64,000 nt of DNA from Octopus bimaculoides (taxonomy: Eukaryota). Shown here one piece after another: positions 22,910 through 35,890 of the stretch. A program made the position numbers and the translations under genes. The notes below the pieces were generated by a model. That model had not been told where the DNA came from. It ran no database searches and saw only the letters and a program-made list of their open reading frames with translations. Numbering within the stretch: position 1 is the first letter of the stretch; each line of letters opens with the position of its first letter. The DNA is taken from positions 51,903,589 through 51,967,588 of the forward strand of contig NC_068991.1 of the NCBI RefSeq assembly GCF_001194135.2. The letters are read 5' to 3'.

Positions 22910-24224
22910 GCACACACACATATATAATCACACATGCATATATGTATACATATATACGTGTGAGAGTGCGTGCATATAATGTACATATTTCAACATATGC
23001 TTGTTTGTGTTAATTTATACGCATATATGTATTTCCATTTGTGCCTTCTTTACACACGTTNNNNNNNNNNTAATCACACATGCATATATGTATACATATA
23101 TACGTGTGAGAGTGCGTGCATATAATGTACATATTTCAACATATGCTTGTTTGTGTTAATTTATACGCATATATGTATTTCCATTTGTGCCTTCTTTACA
23201 CACGTTAATTCATGTGTGTTTGTATATACGCATGTTTTCCTTATTGTGTACAAGTATCAGTGTACAAGTATCAGTGTTCAAGTATGTGTGTACAGGTATG
23301 TGTTCTGTTATTAGAAAGTATATATATTATATTCTTTTAAGAAAGCAAATGTGTGTGCTACCACGTGGTTGCGCGCCTGCGAGTGTAGCCGTGAACATAT
23401 ATAAATATACTTGTTTTATATACATACTTTATCTCATATTTATATCATATTACAAAAGCGAATCTTGAAAATTATGCACTATAATCACGTGATATTAAAG
23501 GTATTCGTTAAAAAATTTTAGAACCTCTCATTCATGTCCCACATAAACAGTCATTGAGATTTTACTTGCCATCAATCTGTTAGGTGCATCAGCACGGACA
23601 AAACTCTACTCCCTCCATTAATTTCGTAGTATTTTCACTTAATAAAACGTGTATTCCTTTCTTCACGTAGTTATTAGAGAATGGTGCAAGCTATAGGGAT
23701 GAATGAAGTGTCTAGTGATGTTTTCACTCGCGGATAGCTACGATTAACCGTTAATGAGAAAAATGGAGCTGCCTTGTGTGTAACCCTCACCTATCACTGT
23801 ATAGCCTCTTTTTAAAGAATATTCTGTGGCTTCCATGTAACAACCTATAGGGACTGTTTACTAACGGAGATAGGCTAATATGCGAGTGATCTCGGAGCAG
23901 TATGGTCCACAGTGGTGAGGTGTAGTGTATAGGCCGCTGTGTGAAGCGTGTTCTACTACATATTGACAAATACACCTTCAAATAGCCGAGTAGCAAGAGC
24001 CCTTATAGATAATGCACCATGAGTGAAATTCGCCCTAGTGTGCCATCTACCCTCGATTCAGTGATGGATCCAATAACATCGTTATCTAGAATTGGTCCGC
24101 ATGGATGCTTAGGTCTACAATCAACCAACAGGAGTAAACCAACAAATAAATGGCCCCATATCTTTAGCAGTTCACTCAGCCTGGATCCCACTAGTCTGGA
24201 TTAGTGGAGATGATTTACAACTAC

Positions 24225-26030
24225 AAAACCTTAAAGGATTTAATAAGGGACTTCAATGGTTGAGTTAAGTAAGAAGAGACTAGATGAATATGTTGAACTA
24301 TAAAATAGACATCAGCTATACCACAGGGGAATGAAAGATAGAAATCGACAGAAATCGAATTTTTTTATTGCCAAGAAACTGACAAATTACAAAGCAGAAA
24401 TAAAAGGTGAGAACGAATAACACGGAAATATCAGTGAAACTTTACATTAGAAAGTCCAGTTTTATGTACAAACGACAATTTAATACTAACGAGTAAGTCG
24501 ACGAATTCTACGAAGATGTTACAAGGCTAGCTGAAATATTCACGTCTCATAAAAAAAGATAATAATGGAGGACTTTAACTCGAAACCCGGAGAGCAAAAA
24601 CGTGGAAGGAGAAATATGGGGCAACACTGAACAGGGTAATGAAAGAGGACAAAGAATATTAGAATTTGCAATATCTAACAAACTGAAATCACGAACACTT
24701 GCTTCAAAAAGGACAAGAATCGAAAACGAACATTGATGAACCTGAAAAACAAAACTCAAAATAGACTTTATCGGAATTAACAAGCCGTACCATTTGGGAA
24801 ATAAAATACACAAATGACAAGAAATGCTCAAGAATTTGAAAACACTACGATCGATACTATTATTGAGATAAAATTATAACTATTATTAAGTGAGATAAAG
24901 TTATAAACAGAGAGCTTGCTAGACTGACTATACATTATGTGTGTCAACATGGCATACTTACCAACAGAATGGAGATGACACCCACGGGAGAAGACAAACT
25001 TCAGAAGCTGCTTCTTTACTAACGACTCGATTTACAACATCAATAAACATTATAAAACATATACTAGAAGTACAATCTACAACTATACCTAATTGATATC
25101 GACTACGAAAATTCCATCAACTCAATTGAGACACAATTTATAACTAGTTCGAAAACCAAAGCTCCATCTGCATAATAAAATTTAATGACATATAATGAAT
25201 AACAAAGTCCAGATAAGGAATGGAGTATGACAAGGAGGCATCATAAAGCCCAATTTTTTTACTGCATCCCTGGAAAACATCTTCAGAATGATAGATTGGG
25301 AGAAACGAGGCATCAGTATCAAGAGAAACGACCTCCATCATCTGAGATTCGCCGATGGCATCATGCTGATAACAGACAGTCTAATGTAGACTGGAAATGC
25401 TGAGAGAGTTTTGCGCCATAAATAAGATTCAAAATGAACAAAACAAAAATCATGATAAATAATGAAATGGCACCAAAAAATGGTTATAATGGAGGAACGA
25501 AACAAAAAATACAAAGCTACGAATCCGAGAACGGGGCGCAAAAGAGCAAGAGAAAGAAATGAAGAGGAGAATAATATCAAGCTGGGCCTCTTTCAACAAG
25601 CGCTGCAGCATTATGGCCTTAAAGCTCTAGTCTATCTCAAAAGAAAAAAGCTTCAGTCAACGCTTATCGCTAGCAATCGTTTTCGGATATAGAATATGGA
25701 TTCTAACATTAGAGATGGGAAAGAAACTGGAAGAATGATAAAATTTACTGAGGAAAACAAACAGATAAGAGAATAGATGAAGGCAGACAATATTGTTCTT
25801 AACGTAAAACGTAGAAAATGTAGGTTGTCAGGACACATCAGCAGGAGAGACAATCAGTGGACAAAGATCACTACAGAATTGCGACCATTAGCAGACAAAC
25901 GAAAAGGAAAAAAACTATGAAAGACACAGTGCGACTGGGTTAACTGGTAACATCAAGAAGAAGACTGAAAAAAAACTGACAATGCTCGGTTGAGGTTTTC
26001 ATCCAGCACTGGGTCGACAACAGTATGCGA
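24225..26030 (+). mobile_element. Old RTE-clade LINE (endonuclease plus RT), heavily degraded
   Basis: APE motifs VDEFYEDV, IIMEDFNSK, GNERGQRILEFAISNKL; RT motifs GVxQGxIISPxFFTA.LENIFRMIDWEKRGISI, HHLRFADGIML; C-terminal SGHISRRDNQWTKITTELRP. Confidence 0.75.
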
Positions 26031-26077
26031 CAGTGATATATTTTGAGTTCGCTTTCTTCTGTTTGCCTCACAACACT

Positions 26078-26112
<35 letters not shown>

Positions 26113-26446
26113 CCCCTTGGAAAGGTGTGTTCCACTAAACCCCGGAATGACCAGTGTCTTATGAAACTGCGAAAGTCTGTTGTATGTATGCGTGTAGGTA
26201 TGAACATACGGTGTGTGTATATGTTTCCTTGGATGTGAGTGTGTGTGTGTATGTGTATGTGTGTGTATGTGTGCGTGCGCGTGTATATGTGTATGTGTGC
26301 GCGTGAGCAGCTTTGTGTTTACGTTTGACAACTAGCGTTGACTTGTTTACGTTCTGTTTGCATCACCATACCCATATATATATATATATGTGTGTGTGTG
26401 TGTATAAATATATATATATATACATATATACATACGTACATACATG

Positions 26447-26550
<104 letters not shown>

Positions 26551-26794
26551 CATATATCGAGTAATTACTGTTTATCGGGAGTCACATTGAAAGTATTATT
26601 ATATGTATAATTTACCCCTCCTGTATGTGTGCATTTTTAGAAGAGAAACTACGTAATAATTGAAGTAGAAGAAAGACCAATATGATACAAGAACTTGTGT
26701 TTGTTTATGATACGACAATAATAAATGAGTTGTATGTGTTATTTTGCTTATCCATACAGTAATGGCAATGATATAATATTTTTATAAGAGAAAG

Positions 26795-26997
26795 GCAGCG
26801 AGCTGGCAGAAACGTTAGCACACCGGCGAAATGCTTACCGGTATTTCGTCTATCTTTACGCTCTGTGTTCAAATTCTGCCGAGGTCGACTTTGCCTTTCA
26901 TCCTTCCGGAGTCGATAAATTAAATACCAACTACGCACTGGGGCCGATCTAATCGACTGACCCCCTCCCCCAAAAACTTCGGCCTGGAGTAGAAAAG
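26795..26997 (+). mobile_element. SINE family A
   Basis: Head gcagcgagctggcagaaacg; 20-bp TSD aatatttttataagagaaag at 26775-26794 and 26998-27017. Confidence 0.9.
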
Positions 26998-27289
26998 AAT
27001 ATTTTTATAAGAGAAAGACATAATAATTGAAGTAAGAAAAAGATTGTTTTTACATATGAAGTTCTGTTTGTTTATTACATGATAATAAGTGAGATGTATG
27101 TGTTATATAATTATCATTACTGTATTGATAAATAAAATAACACAGTTCATTGAAATAGGCAATTTACTCATTCTTGAATGTAATGATAGTAATGGTAAAT
27201 GAAGTTATTGAAGTATTCATGTTGTATTAAGAATGAATATTTCTTTATGAACAATGTTTTTTTGTTTTATTTCGTGGTACACAAGCCTT

Positions 27290-27735
27290 TACTACAAACA
27301 GTGAGCATGTTTGGGCCAATGAACTTTATGCACAGTTAATCTTGTACCATTGCATAATTCTAGTTGAGACAAAATATGTAATAGCGTAATAGGAGTCCCT
27401 TTTTTCAACTGAAAATAATGAGTTGTACCTGATGGTTGTAGTGAGTTAAAGAATTCGATGGGGTAGCCAACACTATCCTGATCATCAACAACACTGGAAG
27501 TTTATTCGTTAGCATATTATTAATGGTATGAAGAAGAACATTTTTTGGAGCCAGGATAACTCTGTCATCGATGTAATCTGTATTGTTGTAATTATGAAGA
27601 AGATTAAGAAAGGTTTCATACATCAAATCATCGACGGAATCAGTTGAATTATATATTGCATTGAGTGTAAGAAACTGTTCTTCATCAATTGGAACTCTCC
27701 CTTCACTGAGTTTCAAAAGTTGCACTGCAAATAGT
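27290..27735 (-). mobile_element. Helitron PIF1-like helicase fragment
   Basis: LLKLSEG...NYNNTDYIDDRVILAPKN..LHTINN (RAILAPKN motif), then YPIEFFNSLQPSG and ELCNGTRLTV, which are characteristic of the Helitron helicase. Confidence 0.8.
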
Positions 27736-27976
27736 TCTGCTGACTGATCTCGTGAAAGCGTTGATCTTACATAATAATTGAAGTAGAAAAGAAATGAACT
27801 TCATACATGAACTTCTGTTTGTTTATTATGTGACAATAGTGAGTTTTATTTTTTATTATATTTATCAATACAGTAATGACAATTATATAATACAGTTCAT
27901 TGAAATAGGTTGCTGTTATAACAGCACTGGCATTTGAACAATGTTCGATGGTCCCTTTATCTTTTTTTTTTCTTCG

Positions 27977-28163
27977 TTTACTTGTTTCAGTCATTACATT
28001 GCAGCCATGCTTAAAGAATTTTACTAGAATGAATCGACCCCAGTACTTATTCTGTCGAAATTTTACCGAACTGCTAAGTTACGGGAACATAAACACACCA
28101 ACACTGGTTGCCAAGCGGTGGTGGTGACAAACACAGACACAAAGGCACACACACTCATATATA
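27977..28163 (-). mobile_element. SINE family B, 3' half (5' part in the gap)
   Basis: Reverse complement of the family B 3' half, ending gactgaaacaagtaaac. Confidence 0.7.
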
Positions 28164-29055
28164 NNNNNNNNNNNNNNNNNNNNNNNNNNNNNNNNNNNNN
28201 NNNNNNNNNNNNNNNNNNNNNNNNNNNNNNNNNNNNNNNNNNNNNNNNNNNNNNNNNNNNNNNNNNNNNNNNNNNNNNNNNNNNNNNNNNNNNNNNNNNN
28301 NNNNNNNNNNNNNNNNNNNNNNNNNNNNNNNNNNNNNNNNNNNNNNNNNNNNNNNNNNNNNNNNNNNNNNNNNNNNNNNNNNNNNNNNNNNNNNNNNNNN
28401 NNNNNNNNNNNNNNNNNNNNNNNNNNNNNNNNNNNNNNNNNNNNNNNNNNNNNNNNNNNNNNNNNNNNNNNNNNNNNNNNNNNNNNNNNNNNNNNNNNNN
28501 NNNNNNNNNNNNNNNNNNNNNNNNNNNNNNNNNNNNNNNNNNNNNNNNNNNNNNNNNNNNNNNNNNNNNNNNNNNNNNNNNNNNNNNNNNNNNNNNNNNN
28601 NNNNNNNNNNNNNNNNNNNNNNNNNNNNNNNNNNNNNNNNNNNNNNNNNNNNNNNNNNNNNNNNNNNNNNNNNNNNNNNNNNNNNNNNNNNNNNNNNNNN
28701 NNNNNNNNNNNNNNNNNNNNNNNNNNNNNNNNNNNNNNNNNNNNNNNNNNNNNNNNNNNNNNNNNNNNNNNNNNNNNNNNNNNNNNNNNNNNNNNNNNNN
28801 NNNNNNNNNNNNNNNNNNNNNNNNNNNNNNNNNNNNNNNNNNNNNNNNNNNNNNNNNNNNNNNNNNNNNNNNNNNNNNNNNNNNNNNNNNNNNNNNNNNN
28901 NNNNNNNNNNNNNNNNNNNNNNNNNNNNNNNNNNNNNNNNNNNNNNNNNNNNNNNNNNNNNNNNNNNNNNNNNNNNNNNNNNNNNNNNNNNNNNNNNNNN
29001 NNNNNNNNNNNNNNNNNNNNNNNNNNNNNNNNNNNNNNNNNNNNNNNNNNNNNNN

Positions 29056-29280
29056 GTTAAGTTGCTCGGTGTCTGGTTCGGTCCAGACTTCCAAGTGGAC
29101 AAGAACTGGGGTGAGGTGACAGACAGGGTGGCCAGTCTCACACAGAAATGGACCGAGAGGAAGCTGTCCCTGAAAGGTCGGGCGGAGGTGGCGAATGCGT
29201 ACATCGCATCCGTCATATACTACCACCTGAATGTCGTCCCTTGCCCCGCTTCGTGGTTGAACAGGCTGGTGCGCTTCTTC
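29056..29280 (+). mobile_element. Tx1-like LINE fragment (post-RT region)
   Basis: VKLLGVWFGPDFQVDKNWGEVTDRVASLTQKWTERKLSLKGRAEVANAYIASVIYYHLNVVPCP. Confidence 0.85.
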
Positions 29281-29334
29281 TGCTTGGCTCCTTCTGTCCG
29301 TCTGCTTTCCTCTCTTTCTTTCCAACCAGTTCAC

Positions 29335-30070
29335 CTACTAAAATTGAAACGGATCTGATCAAGTCCCTTGTTTCTGCTAAATCCTTTGTCAGAATGTGTT
29401 TCAGAAACTTTTTGGGTCGCGCGTTTCACATTGTTACGGTTGAAGCTTCTTAGATTCACCGGCTTGGTCTCTGTTCTTGTAATTCTTATATCCTTGAGTC
29501 TTTTCCTGAGGTTTCTCTGTTCTTTAGTCATATCTTCTCTTATATCGGGGTTTACTACATTATATTGATTGGCCGGCCTCTCCTCCACTACAACATCACC
29601 TTGCCTACGCATTCGCTGATCTTCACCTACGTTATTCTCCTCGAGATTCTCACCACTACAGAGGCTTTACCTGATTGTCTTAATCTGGACCCATTAAGAA
29701 AGCCTCTATTCCGAATTATTCTTATCTGATTCATGAATCCATTTTCCGTAATCTGGAACATACCCAGCTGGTTCCAAAATTCTAATGATCTTTTTCCGAC
29801 AGCTTTACATTTGCCACTGTTCTTGTCTAGCAAGCCTTGTTCATGGCACTGAATCACCTTTTGGTGCACGTTGCGTAATTTGACCAGTACATGGACTGTG
29901 TCTTATAGTATGGCTAGTAGTTGTTGGATTATGATCGGGCCCACCCTACTGCACAGTGGGGTACCTGCCGGGTGCGGCACCTTCACCATAGGTTCTAGTC
30001 CCGTTCACACCGTTATCGTCATTTATTTTTCTTGGCAAATGAGGTGTGTTTTTAGGTTACTAACAACCGG
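29335..30070 (-). mobile_element. R4/Dong-clade retrotransposon, 5' portion
   Basis: QKVIQCH...GKRSLEFWNQLGMFQITENGFMNQIRIIRNRGFL and KPVNLRSFNRNNVKRATQKV resemble the R4/Dong N-terminal region; begins at the (TAA)n tract. Confidence 0.6.
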
Positions 30071-30130
30071 TATTATTATTATTATTACTATTATTATTAT
30101 TATTATTATCATCGTTATTATTATTATTAT

Positions 30131-31796
30131 AGACATCGCTCGGTATACAATATGAAGTTGTTGATTGAATATTTGTGTCTACCGAGGGCTTGTACTGTTT
30201 GTCAAGTCACAACAAGGACATCAGACAGACAGTACTTTACGCAATATGCGTGCAGTTCCAAGTAATGCCGACTTTTGCAATACACCTATTATTATTATTC
30301 AGTTAACCAATTTATCTATGCCTATGTCACGTCTCAGCTCCATCCCACAGCTTTGGGACGCATCACTTTCGTCAACACAAGTATTACTGCTATCTAAATA
30401 CTTCCTATGAAGTTTGGTGCACCGATCACAATAGGTACCACACTCGCTTTAGAGGCTCTAAGTATTCTTTTCATTGCCTATCCTAAGTCTTGGTATTTCC
30501 CAACCTTAGCAATATATCCGTTTGCAGGTATCGCTACGTCGATGCAGATCTATTCTTTGGACTCCTTCTGTAGGAGAGTGATATTTTGCCAGTTATGTTG
30601 TAGTTTTTCGTTTGTATATATTGTCATATTCCACATGAGTTCCACCTGATCATTTCCTGCTACTGGTAAAGGTTGGTGCTCATACTACTTGTTGGAACAT
30701 TCTAGTTCATACTTCTTGCACTTCTCTCAGTGCATTCTTTGTCATAGCGGGGTTTTTTTTGTATTCCTTTTGGGCTAGTTTTGAACATCCACTAATTACA
30801 TGTTTAACTGTCTCAGATGATTTTCCACGAAGTCTACACAAAAGTGATGCTTTTATCTTATCAATACTACATTTGAATGAGTACGTAAAGCATGTTCTTC
30901 AGCAGCAAGAATAAGTCCTTCCGTTTCCTTCTTTAAAGAACCCTGTCTTAACCATCTCTTTCATCCGTTATTTGTTGTAAAAACTCTCCTTATAGGACTT
31001 TCTCTTTCCAGTTTGTGTTCTTTTCTCTATCAATTCTCATATTGTACTCCTGGAGGGTTCTTCCATTGTCTTTGAGTACCTTCTCATTTAGTGCAGCCTA
31101 CAACATTCTTTCTTCACTATTCCTCACATAAGCATGCAAGGAATTGATCTCCTTCACAACACTATCTTCTATTCCAACCAGGTCTCTTTCACCTTCCTTC
31201 GTAGCTAAGTATAGCGCTGCTACGTAACTCCTAGTACGAAGACATCCATGCATAGCCATTACTTTCCAACTTGTTTTTTTATCCAATTTGATAAGTTCTT
31301 CCTTTGACCATTCCACAACACCTGCATAGTAACGTATCACACCTACAGCCTACATGTTGATACTTCTAATCAAGTTCTCTCCATTTAGTTTAGACCTACA
31401 TAACTTTTTAACTCTTCTGGTATATTCAGAAGAGATTTTCTCTTTCGTCTAGGTGTTTAGTATTTGGTGTTGTTGTAAAACACCAAAATACTTACTTGTA
31501 ACCCTCTTCGTTCACGTATCTTATCCGCTCATAAACTTGGAAGTTGTACTCTACTGTTATCTACTTTTACATTTCATTATCTCCTTAGTTCGATAACATC
31601 GCATTTCTTTATACCAAATGTCATCTGGGTGTCTTGAAAGAAAATTCGTACTGACTGAATAAGGGAATACAATTGACCACAGCTAGCTCCGTAAAGCTTT
31701 AAATCATCCATAAATATCAGTTGATTGATTGGTCTCATGTTTATCCGTAGTTTGTAACCAATTCCCATCTTTCTCAGAACAATGGAGAGCGGTAAC
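30131..31796 (-). mobile_element. R4/Dong-clade RLE retrotransposon, 5'-truncated
   Basis: RT INQLIFMDDLKLYG and MTFGIKKC; RSYVAALYLATKEGERDL (RLYxxRxEGGRGL); knuckle CRL.GKSSETVKHVISGC; RLE ICIDVAIP and VVPIVIGA; C-terminus LQKSALLGTARILRKVLS*. (ATT)n lies on both sides. Confidence 0.9.
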
Positions 31797-32072
31797 ATTA
31801 TTATTATTATTGTTAGTACTCGTAGTTTTCAGTTTAGAACAGGGTCTTTCACTTTATTCCCGTTTCTACCGATAATACTTGTTTATTTTTCATCAGACCT
31901 TCTTCCAACTGTAGTTAGCTTTTGCAACATGAAAGAAAAAAATGCTTTAATGCCAGAATAGAAGTGGCCAGAGAAAGATTTGACCAACCGAACTAACCTA
32001 TATTTTTTTCAGTCTTTATTTAAATCTACAGGAAGAAAGAGATAATGATTCTAAAATGTATGTGTGTATGTA

Positions 32073-32122
<50 letters not shown>

Positions 32123-33585
32123 NNNNNNNNNNNNNNNNNNNNNNNNNNNNNNNNNNNNNNNNNNNNNNNNNNNNNNNNNNNNNNNNNNNNNNNNNNNNNN
32201 NNNNNNNNNNNNNNNNNNNNNNNNNNNNNNNNNNNNNNNNNNNNNNNNNNNNNNNNNNNNNNNNNNNNNNNNNNNNNNNNNNNNNNNNNNNNNNNNNNNN
32301 NNNNNNNNNNNNNNNNNNNNNNNNNNNNNNNNNNNNNNNNNNNNNNNNNNNNNNNNNNNNNNNNNNNNNNNNNNNNNNNNNNNNNNNNNNNNNNNNNNNN
32401 NNNNNNNNNNNNNNNNNNNNGAGACAGTAGTTACTCTCTGGCTGTTTAGGGTGGGAAAAGCTATTCATTGTGGGGGAATTATGTGCTTTTTATCATGGTA
32501 CGTGACAAACTTTTAAGCAAGCGGCCCAATCGTGTCGACAATGATTAACTCGGAGCCTGCCCCAATTAAAATGACAAGGCGGCAGGAGGCTGTTGTATGT
32601 TTGCTGTTTTGTTTTTAGTTTTGTTTTTATGTAAACACTATCATGTTAAAAAAAAAAAAGCCAGCCGAATTTTAAGTCTGAGGCCAGAGGTCATAGTGAG
32701 TTTAAACTAAAGCATTCCCTGCTACTTATTCAGGTATTCACAACAATCTGATGGTGGTGATTTTCTGACATAGTAATTCTCTGCCGAAAAAGTCAGTGTT
32801 AAAACATTGTAGTGAAACCGATTTTCCAGAGTTTCTCAGATAATTTTAGAGGACCCAGCTCAGCCTCTAAACACTGTTACATCTCAGTAATGTGACACAG
32901 CTAGTCGCCATGTTATTACAACGTGTTGACATGTCGTTATTAAAAATGACATTGTGTTGTAAGCAGCACCGAAGAATGTACAGTTCTCATGCTAAGAAGC
33001 CGTAACAGCAGATGTTTTCAGAGAAATAAAATGGAGGATGGACTAGGAAATTGAAAGGTCGTCTGTTCCTAAGAATGACTTTTATAAATATAATTTTTTC
33101 TTTTTTTTTGCGATTTTATTTTGTTATTGTTATTGAATAATAAACGTGGTTGCTTTGGTTGTTGTTATTTCTTTATTTGTTTTATAACTATTGGGTAATT
33201 ACAAACCTTAATAAGAATGCGAAAATATGTCTTCGTTTAGTTAGGGTCAGTCAACATGATAATTTCCAACTAATCTTTTGAGGTGACACATTGTTTTAAG
33301 TTTGATTGATGAAACAACTTGAACAGTTACCGAAATATAATAGTACATTATATCTAGTCTATGATTCTACTATATAGTAAACGATATGGTGCTGCGAGGC
33401 TGTAGATAATGGTATACAATAGGATGTATAAATATGTTAATTGGATGTGCCAGTAATGAGAAACTGTACCTACAAACCGTACATAGTGCTATAAAGACCA
33501 TTATAGATAAGATCCATGCTGCATATGCAACCTTCCAAAATATTTTGTGCAAATATGAAGATATCCTTGTTATTATAATCTCCAT

Positions 33586-33665
<80 letters not shown>

Positions 33666-33874
33666 CGCACATATGCACACATACATATCACTTGTTCTTT
33701 CCTATATATATATTGAATTTCATGCGAAGTGTAAATTACTGATGGTAGATGAGGAGTCGACTTATTTTGTTGTGAGTCATTGTATTACTTGCAAGTTTAT
33801 GTGGTGTATCTAAGTCAATTTACTTCGGCCCCATTTTCAAGTGCTGGGTCACTGCAAATTACAGTAGTATGTGT

Positions 33875-35445
33875 TCAGTGGTCAGAATGAATGGCCACCT
33901 TTCGGAACTATTCAGTATCATGCACTCAAGTCGCCAAGGCTGTCCGCTCTCGTTTCTTCTGTAAGCTTTAACTCTAGAGCCACCACCTCGGAAATTGAAG
34001 AACATACAGCGCGAATTAGCGTGGTGTGCATCTGTGTCGGCATATGCGGAAAACTTCACCGTCATAGTGTCGAACACTGAGCAAGTACATCCAGTAAATC
34101 GGCACTGCTCTAGGGCAAGACGAGATGATGACAAGAGAGAAAAATTAACCGCGGGATGTCATCAGGCAAGCAACACGGCATCTGAAGAAGCAGGTCCATG
34201 CTGTCCAACAGAACCATGGTCACTGGACGAACTGGCCTACTAGAAATCTCGTACTCTGGTTTGCCTGAGGCCTCCATTTGGACAAGAACTAGTACAAGGT
34301 GACGAACAGTGTGGCCAGTCTTATTCAGAAATGGGCTGAAAAGAAGTTTCCCTTGAAAGATCGGGAAGAGAAGGCGAATGCCTACAACGCATATCGTGGT
34401 TAACGATGTGCAGTCTTGCGCGGGGCGTGCAACATCTTCAACCTGTCCTTGTCAATGGACTGGTGTGGTCATCATTTGTCAGACATATTTTCTTCAGCTC
34501 GTCTCATTGACAGAGTTACAGCCCTGGATCAAGCGAAGACCGAGACAGGGCGCTTGGGATCTGGAATTTCGACAGAATGCTTGGCATCTGGATTTCGTCA
34601 ATGCAGTCGGGGGAAATTCCATGGCGATTAATAAAGGATTAGTAGCGAAAAAGTACGATGACGTTCTTGGGAAAACTCGAAGCGTCGCTTAAAAATCAAC
34701 GGGCTATTCTGCTCGGGACGACTTTCGGTTCACAACCCATAGATAATTTCCAGAAATCCTCGGCTTGAGAGTGCTACCGGGTGGCGTTGCTGGTTCAAGA
34801 TACGCTCTATAGGTACGGAAGCATCGTCAGCCGGACTTATCTGAGGCGCATGCAGAGCGACGAAAGCGTACTGCACGAGCATTGCCGATTTATGGGTTTA
34901 TGTCAAGCACCTGCTCCTGCATATAAAACGGATCCAACTCTCACCTGAGTCCATATTGAGGATTAATCCACCACTACCCTTTGGCCGAGAAAAGCGGACA
35001 GTCTTCGTCTGCCTGTAGGCATGGTGAAAGAGGTCATATGGTGAACGAGACTGAAAGGGCTGAAGATAGACACCTTCCTCTTTAACCAAGCCCTTGTCAA
35101 CTTGAAAAGGAAACTGAGAACAAGGAAGGAAGTGTTGCCTACCAGGAAATTCGTTGAAATGGGGATGAGAGCGTCAATCATGGTCCGAATGAACGAGCCT
35201 GCTCTGAGTATGCGCTTTTAGATTAGAGAGAGCGTTTGGCTCAGAGTTTGGGGTGACTGACCATGCATTTTGTGCTGTTTTCATGGGTAACCCTCGGATT
35301 TCTCTTCGCACTCACGGGCAAATTTTCATTGTTTAAAATTATATTGTTACCTTGTTTTTGTTGTAACCAGCGTACATGTTTCAAAACCCTCTGCGTTTTT
35401 CTGTTTTGTCAAAATGTCTTTCTTACCTTATAAAAAAACGAAAAC
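33875..35445 (+). mobile_element. Tx1-like LINE, RT core to 3' end, degraded
   Basis: VRMNGHLSELFSI...RQGCPLS, SAYAENFTVIVS (YADD), QLVSLTELQPWIKRRPRQG, WTRLKGLK; A-rich 3' end next to (CAT)n(TAT)n. Confidence 0.8.
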
Positions 35446-35485
35446 AAAGCCTCGTCGTCATCATCATTATCATCATCATCATCAC

Positions 35486-35524
<39 letters not shown>

Positions 35525-35890
35525 CATCATCATCATTAGCATTATTATTATGATTTGGTTTTGCTTTAATTTATACGAGTTGAACCCAAGTCAACCAGAG
35601 ACGCCAAGAGACAACAAGGTTTTGCATCTGAAGATGCTAACAGATAAGGTGCCATGCAATTGAAAACACTAATGCCTATGGGAGACAGAAAAGGATACAG
35701 AATGAGTAAGGTTACGTTTACATGAAGAGAAATTTACGTAGAATATCTGAGGTATCCATAAGTGTAATCTTTTGTAATTCTCTTATTTTGGGGCTGCCAG
35801 GGATTTGGCCTACATACTTGTTTGCCCCGTTTGATATTTACGTAATTTGTTGCGTACAATATATAAGATAACCAGACAACAGTAAAACAA

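Noticed and set aside
22925-23206. Exact 136-bp direct repeat (22925-23060 and 23071-23206)
   Set aside because: Identical copies sit on either side of a 10-N gap, the signature of unmerged overlapping contig ends, i.e. an assembly artefact.
23787-24204. Short ORFs upstream of the old RTE
   Set aside because: No recognisable domain; may be a decayed 5' UTR or another repeat, but I cannot support a call.
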